A stretch of 63,519 nt of DNA, the filler included, from Pelomyxa schiedti (taxonomy: Eukaryota > Protista > Evosea), in NCBI GenBank assembly GCA_020536535.1. It is 11 parts of 11 records of this genome, joined end to end, with 100 filler letters (N's around TTAATTAATTAA, not from the genome) between each part and the next. Parts side by side here need not be neighbours in the genome. Positions count along the whole stretch, not along the records: positions 50,414 to 53,088 come from JAHLWZ010001926.1; positions 53,189 to 55,070 come from JAHLWZ010002223.1; positions 55,171 to 57,968 come from JAHLWZ010001882.1; positions 58,069 to 59,432 come from JAHLWZ010002567.1; positions 59,533 to 60,826 come from JAHLWZ010002613.1; positions 60,927 to 62,389 come from JAHLWZ010002489.1; positions 62,490 to 63,519 come from JAHLWZ010002971.1; 4 more parts are not named here. One strand, 5' to 3'. Under the pieces are notes generated by a model that searched no databases, had not been told where the DNA came from, and worked only from the letters and a program-made list of their open reading frames with translations. Positions 52,536 through 63,519 of the stretch are shown here, piece after piece. Positions within the stretch are counted from its first letter, which is position 1, and each line of letters starts with the position of its first letter. Made by a program: the position numbers and the translations under genes.

Positions 52536-52915
52536 TGTGTTTGTACTTGCTCTCTCCTAATGTTGCTGTTGTGCATTGATGAAGTTACCAGTTAAAAATC
52601 CTGCCCATGTTTTTTTGTGATTTGAAGCCAAATAAAGGTCAAGAGTCATTGAGACACTGATTGAATGCCAAAGATGTGGTCTTACATCATTTCAATGCAA
52701 TGTTCATTGCAACCTTTATTGGGGGTGTTCCCAGAAACTGTTCTGTCTTGTTCTCAAAAGTACACTATTTTTCTTTGTGGCAGGTACTTATGGGATTGTG
52801 TCACAGGGAGAGGAGAACATACCACTGCCTACCCACGCTTCACCATTCTCCTCCTGACGACTTGTGTGGCACTGGGTGGACCTCTCAGTCCAAGCGAACT
52901 CGATCCACCAATTAA

Positions 52916-53088
52916 TTAACCCTTTAGCTCAAATCCTAAAGCACCGGGGACAATCGAGTTCCATCGTGGAAGCTGATTTAATCGCGGTGCATCGCGATGA
53001 ACTCCGTATTAACCGCGGTGAACCGCGAGGAATCGCGATGGATCGGTGTCGGTTAGATGTATCCTTGTCTCTTTTAGGCAGGCTGTGC
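52916..53088 (+). mobile_element. Putative piggyBac-like transposon end, truncated by scaffold end
   Basis: TTAA followed by CCCTTT, then CG-rich subterminal repeats of AYCGCGRNG; the contig breaks shortly after. No transposase or second end visible. Confidence 0.4.
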
Positions 53089-53320
53089 NNNNNNNNNNNN
53101 NNNNNNNNNNNNNNNNNNNNNNNNNNNNNNNNTTAATTAATTAANNNNNNNNNNNNNNNNNNNNNNNNNNNNNNNNNNNNNNNNNNNNCTATAGCGGAAA
53201 TATATATACTTTACATTTTTTTTCTATGCCGAAAATATATATTACAATTAAATATGAGTGAAAGGAAGCAAAAAAAAAAGCAAACCTCTTTTATGCTCCC
53301 TTTTTTGATGTGTCCCTGGA

Positions 53321-53366
53321 AAATTAAATTAAATTAATTAATTAATTAATTAATTTAATTTAATTT
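53321..53366. repeat. Perfect 46-bp AT-only palindrome
   Basis: AAATTAAATTAAATTAATTAATTAATTAATTAATTTAATTTAATTT equals its own reverse complement. Confidence 0.9.
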
Positions 53367-53795
53367 AAATAATTAAAAATTAAAGAAAAAAAAAACCTTC
53401 CAACGATTCTTCCTAACCCCACTTAATCTGATTCTCACAGCAATTAATGATGCTTTGAGCTTAAACAGAGATTATTTTGAATAAAAACCAAAGAGTACAC
53501 ACTCGTCCCATGACTGCAATTTTCCTGCCAAATAAAAACTTAAAGTGGCAGTTGTTGCCACCGTCGGCGCCGACGGCACCTGCTTGTGATCAAACCGATT
53601 TTTTTTTTTTCAGTTTCATGGAAATCGGGATGAACCACAGTCACCCTGGCGTGCCAGGGTACCCACTCAAAACAAATCTGTTGATGCCCCGTGTGCTGTT
53701 GTCAGAAAACTGATCCTTGATAGAAGGAGGAACCAGGATCAGGACATTGCTCTTTGTTGAAAGAGGAAGTAGGAGGAAACTGATCCTCGATAGAA

Positions 53796-53946
53796 GGAGG
53801 ATGGAAGGTGGCTCCTTGATTGATAGTAGGAGGTGGACACACACATCACTCCTTGATATAAGGAGGAGGCACAGCTGGAGAGGTGGGAGGATGGAAGGTG
53901 GCTCCTTGATTGATAGTAGGAGGTGGACACACACATCACTCCTTGA
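53796..53946 (+). repeat. Tandem duplication, 61-bp identical blocks with 90-bp period
   Basis: 53796-53856 is identical to 53886-53946; it sits in a degenerate Pro-rich, stop-containing minus-strand frame. Confidence 0.9.
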
Positions 53947-54831
53947 AGATCCTGAAGGGGAAGGTTGCTGTGGGATCACAAGTGCAACGAAGGGCAGTGG
54001 GGGGGATCAGGGTGCATCATGAGGAGCTCCAAAGGGGAGAAAGGCATGATTTGAGGATCCAGCAAGATTCCAACCAGGCAGAGACTGCGAGGTGTAGAAG
54101 GCCACCTGCAGTGGCAGACAGAATGAAGTGCAGCTATGGTGAAATACATTTCTGAATTGGGAGTGGGGGCCAGTGCTGGGAAGTGGAGGATCAGGGACCT
54201 GTAAACTGATAGACACCTAAGGGTCAGATGTCTCACCGACGGGCACAAGGGCCCTGCACGAGGTGATAGTGAGACCAACACTGGGCCTCTATGGGGTTAC
54301 GTTCGCTGGCTGAGTCTGTGATCAGTGGCAATTCACTGCTGGCATCGCACTGATACAGTAACGAGGTGACCTACAATGACAGGAAAGAATACGTCAGGTT
54401 ATGTACTGTTACTTGTGGGATTGGAATTCTGAGCATGTAGTTACAACAACCAGAACCACAGAAACAATGGGGAAGCGCCCCATGCTAGCATATGCATTGT
54501 TGTTGCTGCGCTTTCGGTTCCGTTCCACGCCCACTCACCCTCCTTCACCTCCAAGGCTGTTGCTGTGGTGCCAGGTGCCCCTTTTCCACTGGTTGTCCCT
54601 CGAACCAGCTGCCGTGCAACGGCCTGGATGTGATAGATGGCGAGTGAGGGTGGAATGCAACTTGAGATGCAGGGGTGGTGTCCAAGAAGAGTGATTCCGG
54701 GACTGAGAAGCAGTGGAAGGTAACAAACGTGTTTACAGCCTCACCTTGTTGTTGTTGCCGCAATGCTCCCAGCATTGTTGTTGTTTCTTTCGTCATCAGA
54801 AGAGAATCCATTTGTCCTCTTCATCACCGTC

Positions 54832-55070
54832 ATGGCAGCTGCAACCAACCAACGAGTGGGTGCTGCGACCATGGTTGTCGATGACACGTCAGTGTTGCGT
54901 GGTGGTGGCGCGACATACACTGGTCGGGTGGTCGATGGCAAACCTGACAGCAGGGGCACCATAAAATGGCCAAGCGGCAGCACGTACGACGGTGTGTGGC
55001 TCAACGGAGCCATGATGGGCTGAGGGGTGTACAAGTGGCACAATGGTGAAACCCACGAGGGAGAGTGGCT
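54832..55070 (+). pseudogene. MORN-repeat gene 5' part with an in-frame TGA
   Basis: YTGRVVDGKPDSRGTIKWPSGSTYDGVWLNGAMMG*GVYKWHNGETHEGEW; the MORN consensus continues past TGA 55021-55023. Confidence 0.75.
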
Positions 55071-55170
55071 NNNNNNNNNNNNNNNNNNNNNNNNNNNNNN
55101 NNNNNNNNNNNNNNTTAATTAATTAANNNNNNNNNNNNNNNNNNNNNNNNNNNNNNNNNNNNNNNNNNNN

Positions 55171-55672
55171 TTCCCCAATCCCTCACCCACACATCAGTGA
55201 CTCCCATCAAAAAGACTGACACACCAATCCTTACAACCACCAGTGCCTCATCCTCATCATAGTCATCATCACCATCCTCGTAATTGTCATGATCACAATC
55301 AGCATCCTCTTTCATGACACTTGCCTGGACCTCAAAGACACTTGTGCATTCCAGAACCCAGTTGAGCCAGAACAGCCACAGTAGGTGGCCTCCCATAATC
55401 CTGGCTGGTGAGTGTTCGCCGCGGCGATTGCGTGGGTCGGCAGCCACAGCCAGTGGCATGACCTGGTCTCGTGCCCTGAGCCCTCCACCACGCAGGGCAA
55501 CGTCCCCAAGCCACCATGGTTTCGTCCTTGTTGTGGAAGGTACCGACATTGCGGCAGTGGAGCTTATTTCACGTTCCCACGTGGTGGAGTGGCACTTGTC
55601 ATCATCATCACCCAGGAAGGAGGTCCTTGGTTTTTTGGTTGCTGGTGAATGTGGGTAGCCTGATGAAAACAT
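55171..55672 (-). CDS. Lineage-specific hypothetical protein (ARDQ motif), 3' truncated by spacer
   Basis: LRARDQVMPLAVAADPRNRRGEHSPARIMGGHLLWLFWLNWVL in an ATG-started frame open up to the spacer. Confidence 0.65.
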
Positions 55673-56109
55673 GCAAAAACTCTGGGGGACAAGTTATTCC
55701 CAGTAATAAAAGGCACAACAGTTAATAAACACACAGTGCAAAATATCAACAGACAACGGGAAAGCAACCGACAATAAAGAATGTTTTACTTGTCGTGTGG
55801 TCCAGGTTAATGAAAAAAACAAAGAGTCTTTTTGGTTGTTTATAAAGCCTCTTTCTTGGTCTCGTGTCCCATCATCCTCATTTTCGTCGACATCGAGTAA
55901 TTCACTGAAACCATCGAACGAAGCGAAAGTGGGTCACAGGTTGTTGTTGGCACGTACAACAACTTGGAAGTGGTTGTACTAACGGAACGTGGTGTGATTG
56001 CCGTTGAGCACTGAGTCTACTAACTGTCACATTTTACAGATCGGCCACGTGGTCATCCCGTCTTTTTGTACATTAACCTCTTTCGTGTTTTTCAAACCAA
56101 AAAGAAACA

Positions 56110-57376
56110 ATGGTGAATGTGAAGGACTTTCTGTGTGGGTGCAACAACCTCCCGCTCCCTTCTTATGTTTGCATTCTTGGAAACGTGCGTGGTGAATCCA
56201 TTAATTTAATTAATTGGTTTCAGTTGATGTTTGAAGGTTGCAGGTTACGTTGCTGGTATTTTATGGCTTGCGGTGCTCTTGCCCACTTGTTGGCGAAGCT
56301 GCAGATTTTTGAAAAGGTGATACATAAATATGTTTAGATTAAGTTCTAATACTGAGACGTTGGATAGACAAGCACCGGAGTCAAGCAGGAGATGGGCACT
56401 GTTTTGGAAGGTTGTCGACTTCATCGGCGTCACTTGGGATTTCTTCCTTGTGCTCCGTCATGAGCTGCCTCTGTTTGTAATAGTACCTGTGTTCTGCATG
56501 TTTGTCACACATTTTACGCAAGTTGTCCAGCTCGCTCACTCCCTGTCTGCTTCCTGCATCAACTAAAATTATTTATTGATTTGAATTCAATCCAGGACCA
56601 TGCCGGCACATATAATCGCATTGATGGCGTTTCTTGGATTATCATCATTTACAATCAGCATTGAAGTTACTATTCCGGACACAGCCGATTTCTTTGGATG
56701 GTGTGCGTATATTCTATGGGCTCTAGAATCTTTTCCTCAGGTAGATCTATCCTTCTCTTTCGGTAATAGCTGCTAACCCCCAAAAGATCCACAGTAATAT
56801 GTTGCGGCGCTCTTCTGTGAGTTTGCGGTTCATTTTTTTACCAATATTCAAAAACAATAGGAACAACACATACCTTCCCTTGCTCTCATTACTACAATGA
56901 GAAGCTTGACAGCGCTAATGAATTATACTCTGGCAACGCCTATGCAGGGTGTTGTCCGTGATTTCTTTGCATGTTCATGCAGTTATATAAACGTGCTGCA
57001 AGCTATGTATTACTACAACAATAGGGGTTCCCCAACAACAATCAAGACACCTGACCCAGAGGGCATTGCCCTCCTTCCTTCCAAACCCAATTCATGTGCA
57101 CCTCAGCATAAATTGGCTCTTTGGATTCTAGTTCCCTGGTGTTTGTTCATTCTCCTCTTGCTGCCTCCACTGACAGTATTGCGGGCAGAATCCTTAATGT
57201 TCCTTCTGCTACCAGCAGCACTTGTTGCCATTCTATTAGTGTTCTATGTCCATACTCACGCTTGCAATAGCCCTATCACATCACCGCGGGAAATAGAAAA
57301 CCCTCAGCAGCAATCCGACCTCTCTCCTGATTCTTCAAATACCTTCGTTGGGTGGATTGAGGCAAGTCATTGGTAA
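56110..57376 (+). CDS. PQ-loop-type multi-pass membrane protein, multi-exon
   Basis: Second repeat GWCAYILWALESFPQ|IHSNMLRRS matches the PQ-loop pattern; first repeat VAGYVAGILWLAVLLP is degenerate. Several further TM segments. Confidence 0.55.
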
Positions 57377-57446
57377 TCAGAAGGAATTAACAACTGCACA
57401 AAATAAAAACCAATTATTTGAACCTGAGAGAAAACAACCAAACATT

Positions 57447-57649
57447 TGCAGAATCCCCCCTCAAGAGGTTCTCGTCCTCCTGACCTTCATTAACGGGTGA
57501 ACTCATAATACCCAACCGAATGCTTCAAAGTTATTTATTATTATCCTCCTTCTTCGTTATTCACAAACTTAGAGACCCCAACGGCGGCATTCAATGAAAC
57601 AGGTTGTTGTGAATTCGCCGCGGTTGTCACTCAGATCCGGCAAGCCCTG
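57447..57649 (+). repeat. About 200-bp dispersed repeat, copy 2
   Basis: Near-identical to 46039-46255 but lacks its internal AAACAACCAAAC-containing insertion. Confidence 0.93.
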
Positions 57650-58068
57650 TGTCTGCACAGTCCACTCTTTCTCTTCCCACCTTCTCAATAAAAAATGGAC
57701 AGTGAGGTTGTATACCTGTGTCACTCGACTCCCAACCCAAAAGATGAGGTTTCAAATCAATTACCTCCATCACTCTCTCTGTGTTTGGTTCAACATAAAT
57801 GCCTCTGTGTCAGGGAAAGAGCAAGTGGTTTATGGGTCCTGGCCATCAAATAAGCTCCTGCCAACCCAGTCAGGCTTTTGCCCAAGAATCAGGCTTTTCA
57901 ATTTTTAAAATGATTACCCTTTTTTCCCTCTCTTGGTGGGAGTTTGTGTTTTTTTGGACTTTGAGGTGNNNNNNNNNNNNNNNNNNNNNNNNNNNNNNNN
58001 NNNNNNNNNNNNTTAATTAATTAANNNNNNNNNNNNNNNNNNNNNNNNNNNNNNNNNNNNNNNNNNNN

Positions 58069-58221
58069 TGCATGATTGTTGCTCATTCTGGATTCCTATT
58101 TCAAATCAGGGATGATGCCATCGTGGTCACTGAGTACACTTCTGGTGTTCACATTCTTAGGCTTCCTGTTCTCAGTGAATATCACCACGAGTTTGAAGCA
58201 ATCTTTTCTTTCGTGCTGTGA
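58069..58221 (+). CDS. 3' end of a lineage-specific family gene
   Basis: MIVAHSGFLFQIRDDAIVVTEYTSGVHILRLP...FSFVL*, open from the spacer. Confidence 0.45.
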   Translation, partial: CMIVAHSGFLFQIRDDAIVVTEYTSGVHILRLPVLSEYHHEFEAIFSFVL

Positions 58222-58431
58222 AATGCACACCACAACAAGATAATCAACAGTACAAAATTGTTACAATTCATTTGAAGGCTGGATGCTCCCCTTTTTTCGA
58301 GGAGTACACGTACCGAAAAGATGCACGAAGGAGACTCAAAGGCACCTGTGATGGCTCGTTAAAACCAGCGTTGTAGGTCCTTCGCTAAGTACTCGGAATC
58401 TTGACTGGTCTGATCATTTTGAAGGCAAGCA

Positions 58432-59042
58432 ATGACAGACACCGAGAAGGACGAGCCACCCGTCGACGAACAGGGTGGTACCGTGGCCCAACAGGAACCT
58501 GGGACCCCCGACACGGCACCCCCGGCTACGCACGAAGCCCATAGGGAAGGCGACTCAGCAACAACAACAACAACCGATGGGCCCCCCGCCACATCCACAT
58601 CTACCACCGCCACCACCGTCACGGCCACAACCCCCCCGACCACCGAGGGCGATGGCGACGGCCAAGGCGACAGCGGCGCAAGCGGCCTGTCCCCTCCCGA
58701 CCCAACCCAGCATCAGCAGCAGCAACAACAACATATACAACCACCACAGCCCCCTGTGCCCTCCCCCTCCCCCTCCCCCTCCCCCTGCCTCCCATCCTCC
58801 TCCTCGTCGTCGTCGTCGTCGTCCTCTACAGGGAGTGGCAGTGGTGACAGTGGCAGCAACAACACGGAGCAGAGGCAGCAGCAGCAGCAGGGGGGGGTGG
58901 TGCCCGGGAGTGAGAGTGTGATTGTGGGTTGTGCTATGTCGCCGCCGCCGCCGCAGCCTGCCCCCGCTCCAAGAGTGGTATGTGCTGCAGTATTGTGTAG
59001 TAACTTATTATGAGTTGGTTGTAGTAATAGTATGGGGGGATT

Positions 59043-59073
<31 letters not shown>

Positions 59074-59432
59074 GATTACATTAACATGGGGTCAAAGGAG
59101 GCCGACCACACTACTTGTGAGGCTGAAAAGAAGGCACTCTCCGATAAGGTTTGTTGGTTTTTGGGTGGGGTTTCCCTTTGTTTCTCACTGCCTATTGATC
59201 CTACAGGTTAACCGGTTGCAAGCCCTGCTACTCAAGGCCAAGGAACAACATGACCTCAAAGCAAAACTCGCTCAAGAGAAGGCCATTGAATGTGACAAAA
59301 TGAAGAAAGAGCGCGACTCTGCACTGCAGTCCGCCGCACAGGCTGTTAAAGAAAAGGAATCTGCAATCACTGCTATCAAAGCTTCCTGTGAGAGCAAGAT
59401 TGCAGAAGAGAAAGAATCTGCAAAAAAACTGG
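58432..59432 (+). CDS. Low-complexity N-terminus plus coiled-coil protein, 3' truncated by spacer
   Basis: ATG-started Pro/Ser/Gln-rich exon, an intron containing a (TAG)n tract, then the heptad exon VNRLQALLLKAKEQHDLKAKLAQEK. Confidence 0.65.
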
Positions 59433-59532
59433 NNNNNNNNNNNNNNNNNNNNNNNNNNNNNNNNNNNNNNNNNNNNTTAATTAATTAANNNNNNNNNNNN
59501 NNNNNNNNNNNNNNNNNNNNNNNNNNNNNNNN

Positions 59533-60059
59533 CTCGTCCCATCACCCCAAATCCTGACACCCCGGCCATGGAACACGTCGTCGCCCGCCCACTCCCCGCT
59601 GTACATGCCCCCCTCCTGAGAGAGGGCCGCGCCAGACGCCGACCTCCCCTCTCGGCTCTTCCCAGCATACAAGTCGTAATCAATCCCCGTTCCACCACCC
59701 TTGCTCGAGTCATCACTCACCGATGTGTGCGACGTCTTGGCATCTGTCGAGTCGTCGCTGTGTGCGCCCCACCAAGGGCCCTTGTTGCGATCACCTGGGC
59801 TCCACTCGCCACCACCCTCCAGGGGATCTTGGTCGTCTTTGTCGCCGTGGTGTGGGTGGTGTGTGCCCCTGTCACCACCCCACCTGTCGTCCTTCCACGG
59901 TCCCTCGCCCTCGCCATCGCCCTCGGCCTCGTCCTCTGGGGGGTGGTGGCACGCGCCCCACCCGCCGTCCCTCTTGTCGTCGCGCCACTTGTGTGGTCCT
60001 CGGCCGCCGTGCCTCCTCTTGCCGTCTCGCCACTCGCCGCTGTACCAGCCGTCCGGCAT
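59533..60059 (-). CDS. MORN-repeat protein 5' part, truncated by spacer
   Basis: YSGEWRDGKRRHGGRG and MYSGEWAGDDVFHGRGVRIWGDG; GC-rich ATG-started frame. Confidence 0.7.
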
Positions 60060-60750
60060 CCTGCCGTCGCGTTTGTTTTTGGTGTACGTGGAAGGATAAG
60101 AAGTGGAAGAAAGGTGGGCGCCTTGGGTTTTATTATTTCCAGGGAGGGGATGTGTTCACTGTTGGGAGGCCCGCATCCCGTTCACTTCTGTACTTGAGAC
60201 AATTAATTGATTGTTGGTGGACAGGTCCACCACGGTTCTGGAGTGTCGACGTCTTCGAAAATCACTGCAACAACCACAAACAAAGCTACAACAACAGCCA
60301 GGAGGAACTTTTTTTTGGCAGTCGATGGAGCTGGTTAGAACATGGCCGTGAGGCGATCAGTGTTTTCCTCTTCCACAAAAAGAAAGAGAGGGAGGGATGA
60401 GAGCCACATTTTGATGCTCTCAGCCACTTGGTCCTGTGTCAAACTGGGAAATTGTGAAAACGAAAAAGCCATGGCTGTGGCAGTGCAGAGACATCTGCAC
60501 AATCACACTGAAGGGAAACCGATTGCTCTGACATGGGAAGAGACACAAGGGAGGGACATAATACCGCGAAATGAGAGGCATGACTGAACAACAAGGAACA
60601 GGAGGTCTGGGGCAGTGCCCAGGGCAGCAACACCAAACAAGGTTGAGTGAAGGTGGTTGGATACTGCACGGAGGCTTTACTCCCTCCTGCTCAGGGTCTC
60701 TACAATAGACTTCCCCTAAAACAGTCAACAGCCAACTGGTGCGTTGTCTC

Positions 60751-60813
60751 TCAGCCAGTAAATTGTTTGTCAGCCAGTAAATTGGTTGTCAGCCAGTAAA
60801 TTGCTTGTCAGCC
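60751..60813 (+). repeat. 19-bp minisatellite, 3.3 copies
   Basis: TCAGCCAGTAAATTG(T/G/C)TTG at 60751, 60770 and 60789, with a partial copy at 60808. Confidence 0.9.
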
Positions 60814-60926
60814 TCCACATGGCGTGNNNNNNNNNNNNNNNNNNNNNNNNNNNNNNNNNNNNNNNNNNNNTTAATTAATTAANNNNNNNNNNNNNNNNNN
60901 NNNNNNNNNNNNNNNNNNNNNNNNNN

Positions 60927-62389
60927 GAGCGGTGCACTGCTCCACGTAGTACTGTTGCCATACACCCCTTGAAGGGATGTGACCTACAAATCGATGTTAG
61001 TTACTGAGTAGTTGGTGGCTAGATTCCGAACCTTCAAGGGGGCATCCTGCTGGGTTGTCTGTGCAACAAAGTTCCTGCCCCCATTCGTCGGGGTGGAATG
61101 TAGGTGTGTCACACACTATCGCTGAAGAAGTTTCATTGGTAGGGCAAAGCGATTCCTCGGATGGTATCCAGTATTCTTCTGGTAGTGGGTTTATGGCGTG
61201 TTCTGTGGATTGTTAGAGATAGGCCCAGGGATTAAGAATTCCAACCGGCTTCGCTTCCAAGATCAAAATCACCTGGGGAGCACACCTCAGTAGCAAGTTT
61301 GGACCTCAAGTATTGAAGTTGATCGTAAGATAACTAAAGGAGTATGTAAGCAATATTTCACAGACTGCATGTGGGCACCTTTGTATTTGTACACAACTTC
61401 TCAGCTGAGTCACCATGGTACATGAGATAGTAATACAATGGAGAAAGTTGGTACTGGTCAGATGTTACAATGTTCTCGGTCATATTTGGATCAGCAGCGA
61501 GAAACTGATCCAGAAGTACTGTATATGTCACTACAGCGACTAGTTGCTAGCATTGGGTTAATAAATGGACTACAATTATTTGAGAAACACACTGCCGGGT
61601 AGGTTCCGTTTGAGTTAGCGTAAACTGGTAGTGCAGCAACCGACGCAGGAGTGGCTTCATCATCATCAATGTACAATGCGTCATAGGGGGTATTCCACCA
61701 GACACTCGCTTGGGTGTAAGTGGTTGTTGCAGCTTCCCGTGCAAAGGTGTACACATCAAAAACAGCGGAGATCATCCAGGGATCAATCTGGTCCTCAATT
61801 CTAATCCATAAACCTAGGTAGCCATTATTTTTCCCCAGTCAATAATTTAATGAGGTACCGTCGTTTTGACAGGCTATTTTCCGTATTACATCTTCATCAT
61901 TACCTCTGTTTCATGATTAGAATCAGACAAAAAAAATCTTCACATACCTCACAGTAAAGCTGTAAGTGAATATTGATAACGGTTGGCAATTTTGTTCGTA
62001 GGTATTCCTCATTCTGAACATTAAATTACACATTATGTAGGTTTTTTCGCTTTGTTACTCAGATATAGAGTCCAAAAGGGTAGGATGGTCTTCTTTTATA
62101 TCGCCATCAGTAACTAATACAATGGTTGCACCACAAAATGATGTGTGATTTGTTGTATAGGAGGCTGTGAGAATGTCAAACGCCTTTTCAAAAGCTTTCA
62201 AGAACTTGGAGCCTAATTAATAGTTGAGGATTTGTGGCTCATGCACTCGCATTCGCATACCACCGCCCGCTCCATTCCCACATACTTTGGCAGATAGCTG
62301 CCAAACAGAATCAAGGGCACCTCTCATCATGTATCCCCCACCAACATTTGTTATACTGTTGGTGAAGCGGACGAGGTTTACCCAGTCAT
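60927..62389 (-). CDS. VWA plus Cache-like protein fragment (calcium-channel alpha2delta/CACHD1-like), both ends cut by spacers
   Basis: DWVNLVRF..GSKFLKAFEKAFDILTAS..FCGATIVLVTDG resembles the alpha2delta VWA region; VWWNTPYDAL..AALPVY resembles the following WTxxYxDA..xLPV Cache segment. Confidence 0.65.
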
Positions 62390-62899
62390 NNNNNNNNNNN
62401 NNNNNNNNNNNNNNNNNNNNNNNNNNNNNNNNNTTAATTAATTAANNNNNNNNNNNNNNNNNNNNNNNNNNNNNNNNNNNNNNNNNNNNAATCCTTTTGT
62501 AAGGTGCATTGTCAGAAATGTGCGCTTCAATATCCTAAAAGTGCCAGCATCCACCATCGTTTCTGCATTTCCGGCACCTTGTGGCACTGCTGTGTGGCTT
62601 TTTTCCTTTTTATTATTAATTAGGTTTGGAATTTCCAGCTGAGATATTCTGTCTGTTGGATTGAGCGCAAGTAATACTTATTAAATAATAAATGCACATA
62701 GAAGAAATCATGGGATACCCCCAACAAAGGTTGCAATGAACATTGCATTGAAATGATGTAAGACCACATCTTTGGCTGTGTCTCAATGCGTTTTCTCCGA
62801 AAACGATTTGTTCTGTTCTTTGAGGATACTCACTGCTTTGCTCTCTCTGTAATAAGTGGTTTTTTTTTTATGAGTTTTTAACCCAACTCAACCCTCTCA

Positions 62900-63519
62900 T
62901 GTATCTCCAATCTGATAGGACAATACAGCCAAAGTAAGTTTATAGTGCCGTATTAATAAAAAAAAAAAACCTTTACCAGCAAACAAGCTAATCCTGGCGC
63001 GCCTCCAGCACCTCGGAGTAGTTCCAGCTCCCAATGAGGCCCCTGATGCAGAAATGACCACCGCGGCGTCGGCCACAGCAGTGACATCAGCCTCTCTAAC
63101 GTCAGTTCCAGTGCCAACAACAGCGATAGTGAAGGATGGACCACTATCCTTATGCACAAGGGCTGCGGTAAGACCCCCAGCAAGAAATCCCCAGTGCTAT
63201 CATCTGGTGAGGCAATACCTCAACCCCAACACAGCTCCCCCGACAACAACATTTGCACTAGACCAAGCACCCAACGTCATCATTCTGAACTTCCACCCAG
63301 CCATTCTCCAGAAACTTCATCACGTTCCAGACACCATTCTCAATTCCGACAAGGACATGATGTCAGAATGGCCAATTCTGACGAGGAGAAAACAGACACA
63401 CCCAGCAAACTCCGACTCAACCCGCAAACCAAAGACCTCAAGTGCCCCCAAGGTTGTGGATTCGAAGGGCAGCAAGTCAAACTCTGGAAACACATCAACC
63501 ACTGCCATAGAGAATGGCT
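62900..63519 (+). CDS. Hypothetical protein, runs off the window end
   Basis: Stop-free frame from about 62980 to the end (NKLILARLQHLG...), preceded by a GTAAGT...CCAG intron. Start not found. Confidence 0.45.

Overview
Eukaryotic, gene-dense, intron-rich protist DNA in the standard genetic code, with very short introns (about 38-80 nt). The lineage-specific families resemble what I recall of the archamoeba Pelomyxa, but that is an unverified impression. The window is not one molecule: ten 100-bp spacers (44N-TTAATTAATTAA-44N) join 11 separate scaffolds, and four plain 100-N gaps lie inside scaffolds. Recognisable genes: a FUS/TAF15-like RRM + 2x RanBP2-zinc-finger protein, pyroglutamyl peptidase I, a Sel1-repeat protein, a cAMP-receptor/GCR1-like GPCR, a SIRT6-like sirtuin, Rac GTPase, coatomer beta (COPB1), a DCN1-like protein, HSP20, a CDK9/12-class kinase, a DH-PH RhoGEF, a PQ-loop membrane protein, MORN proteins and a VWA-Cache (alpha2delta/CACHD1-like) fragment. 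There are also several members and pseudogenes of a lineage-specific family. The most notable observation is a tRNA-like element present twice (13830-13965, 18098-18233) whose intact 3' half lies upstream of its intact 5' half. This is a circularly permuted arrangement, and the flanks may hold decayed remnants of the missing outer halves. Other highlights: a sirtuin lacking its zinc-binding module, a transmembrane-anchored RhoGEF, a piggyBac-like end with motifs repeated every ~10 bp, and probable GC-AG introns. All gene models were spliced by eye.
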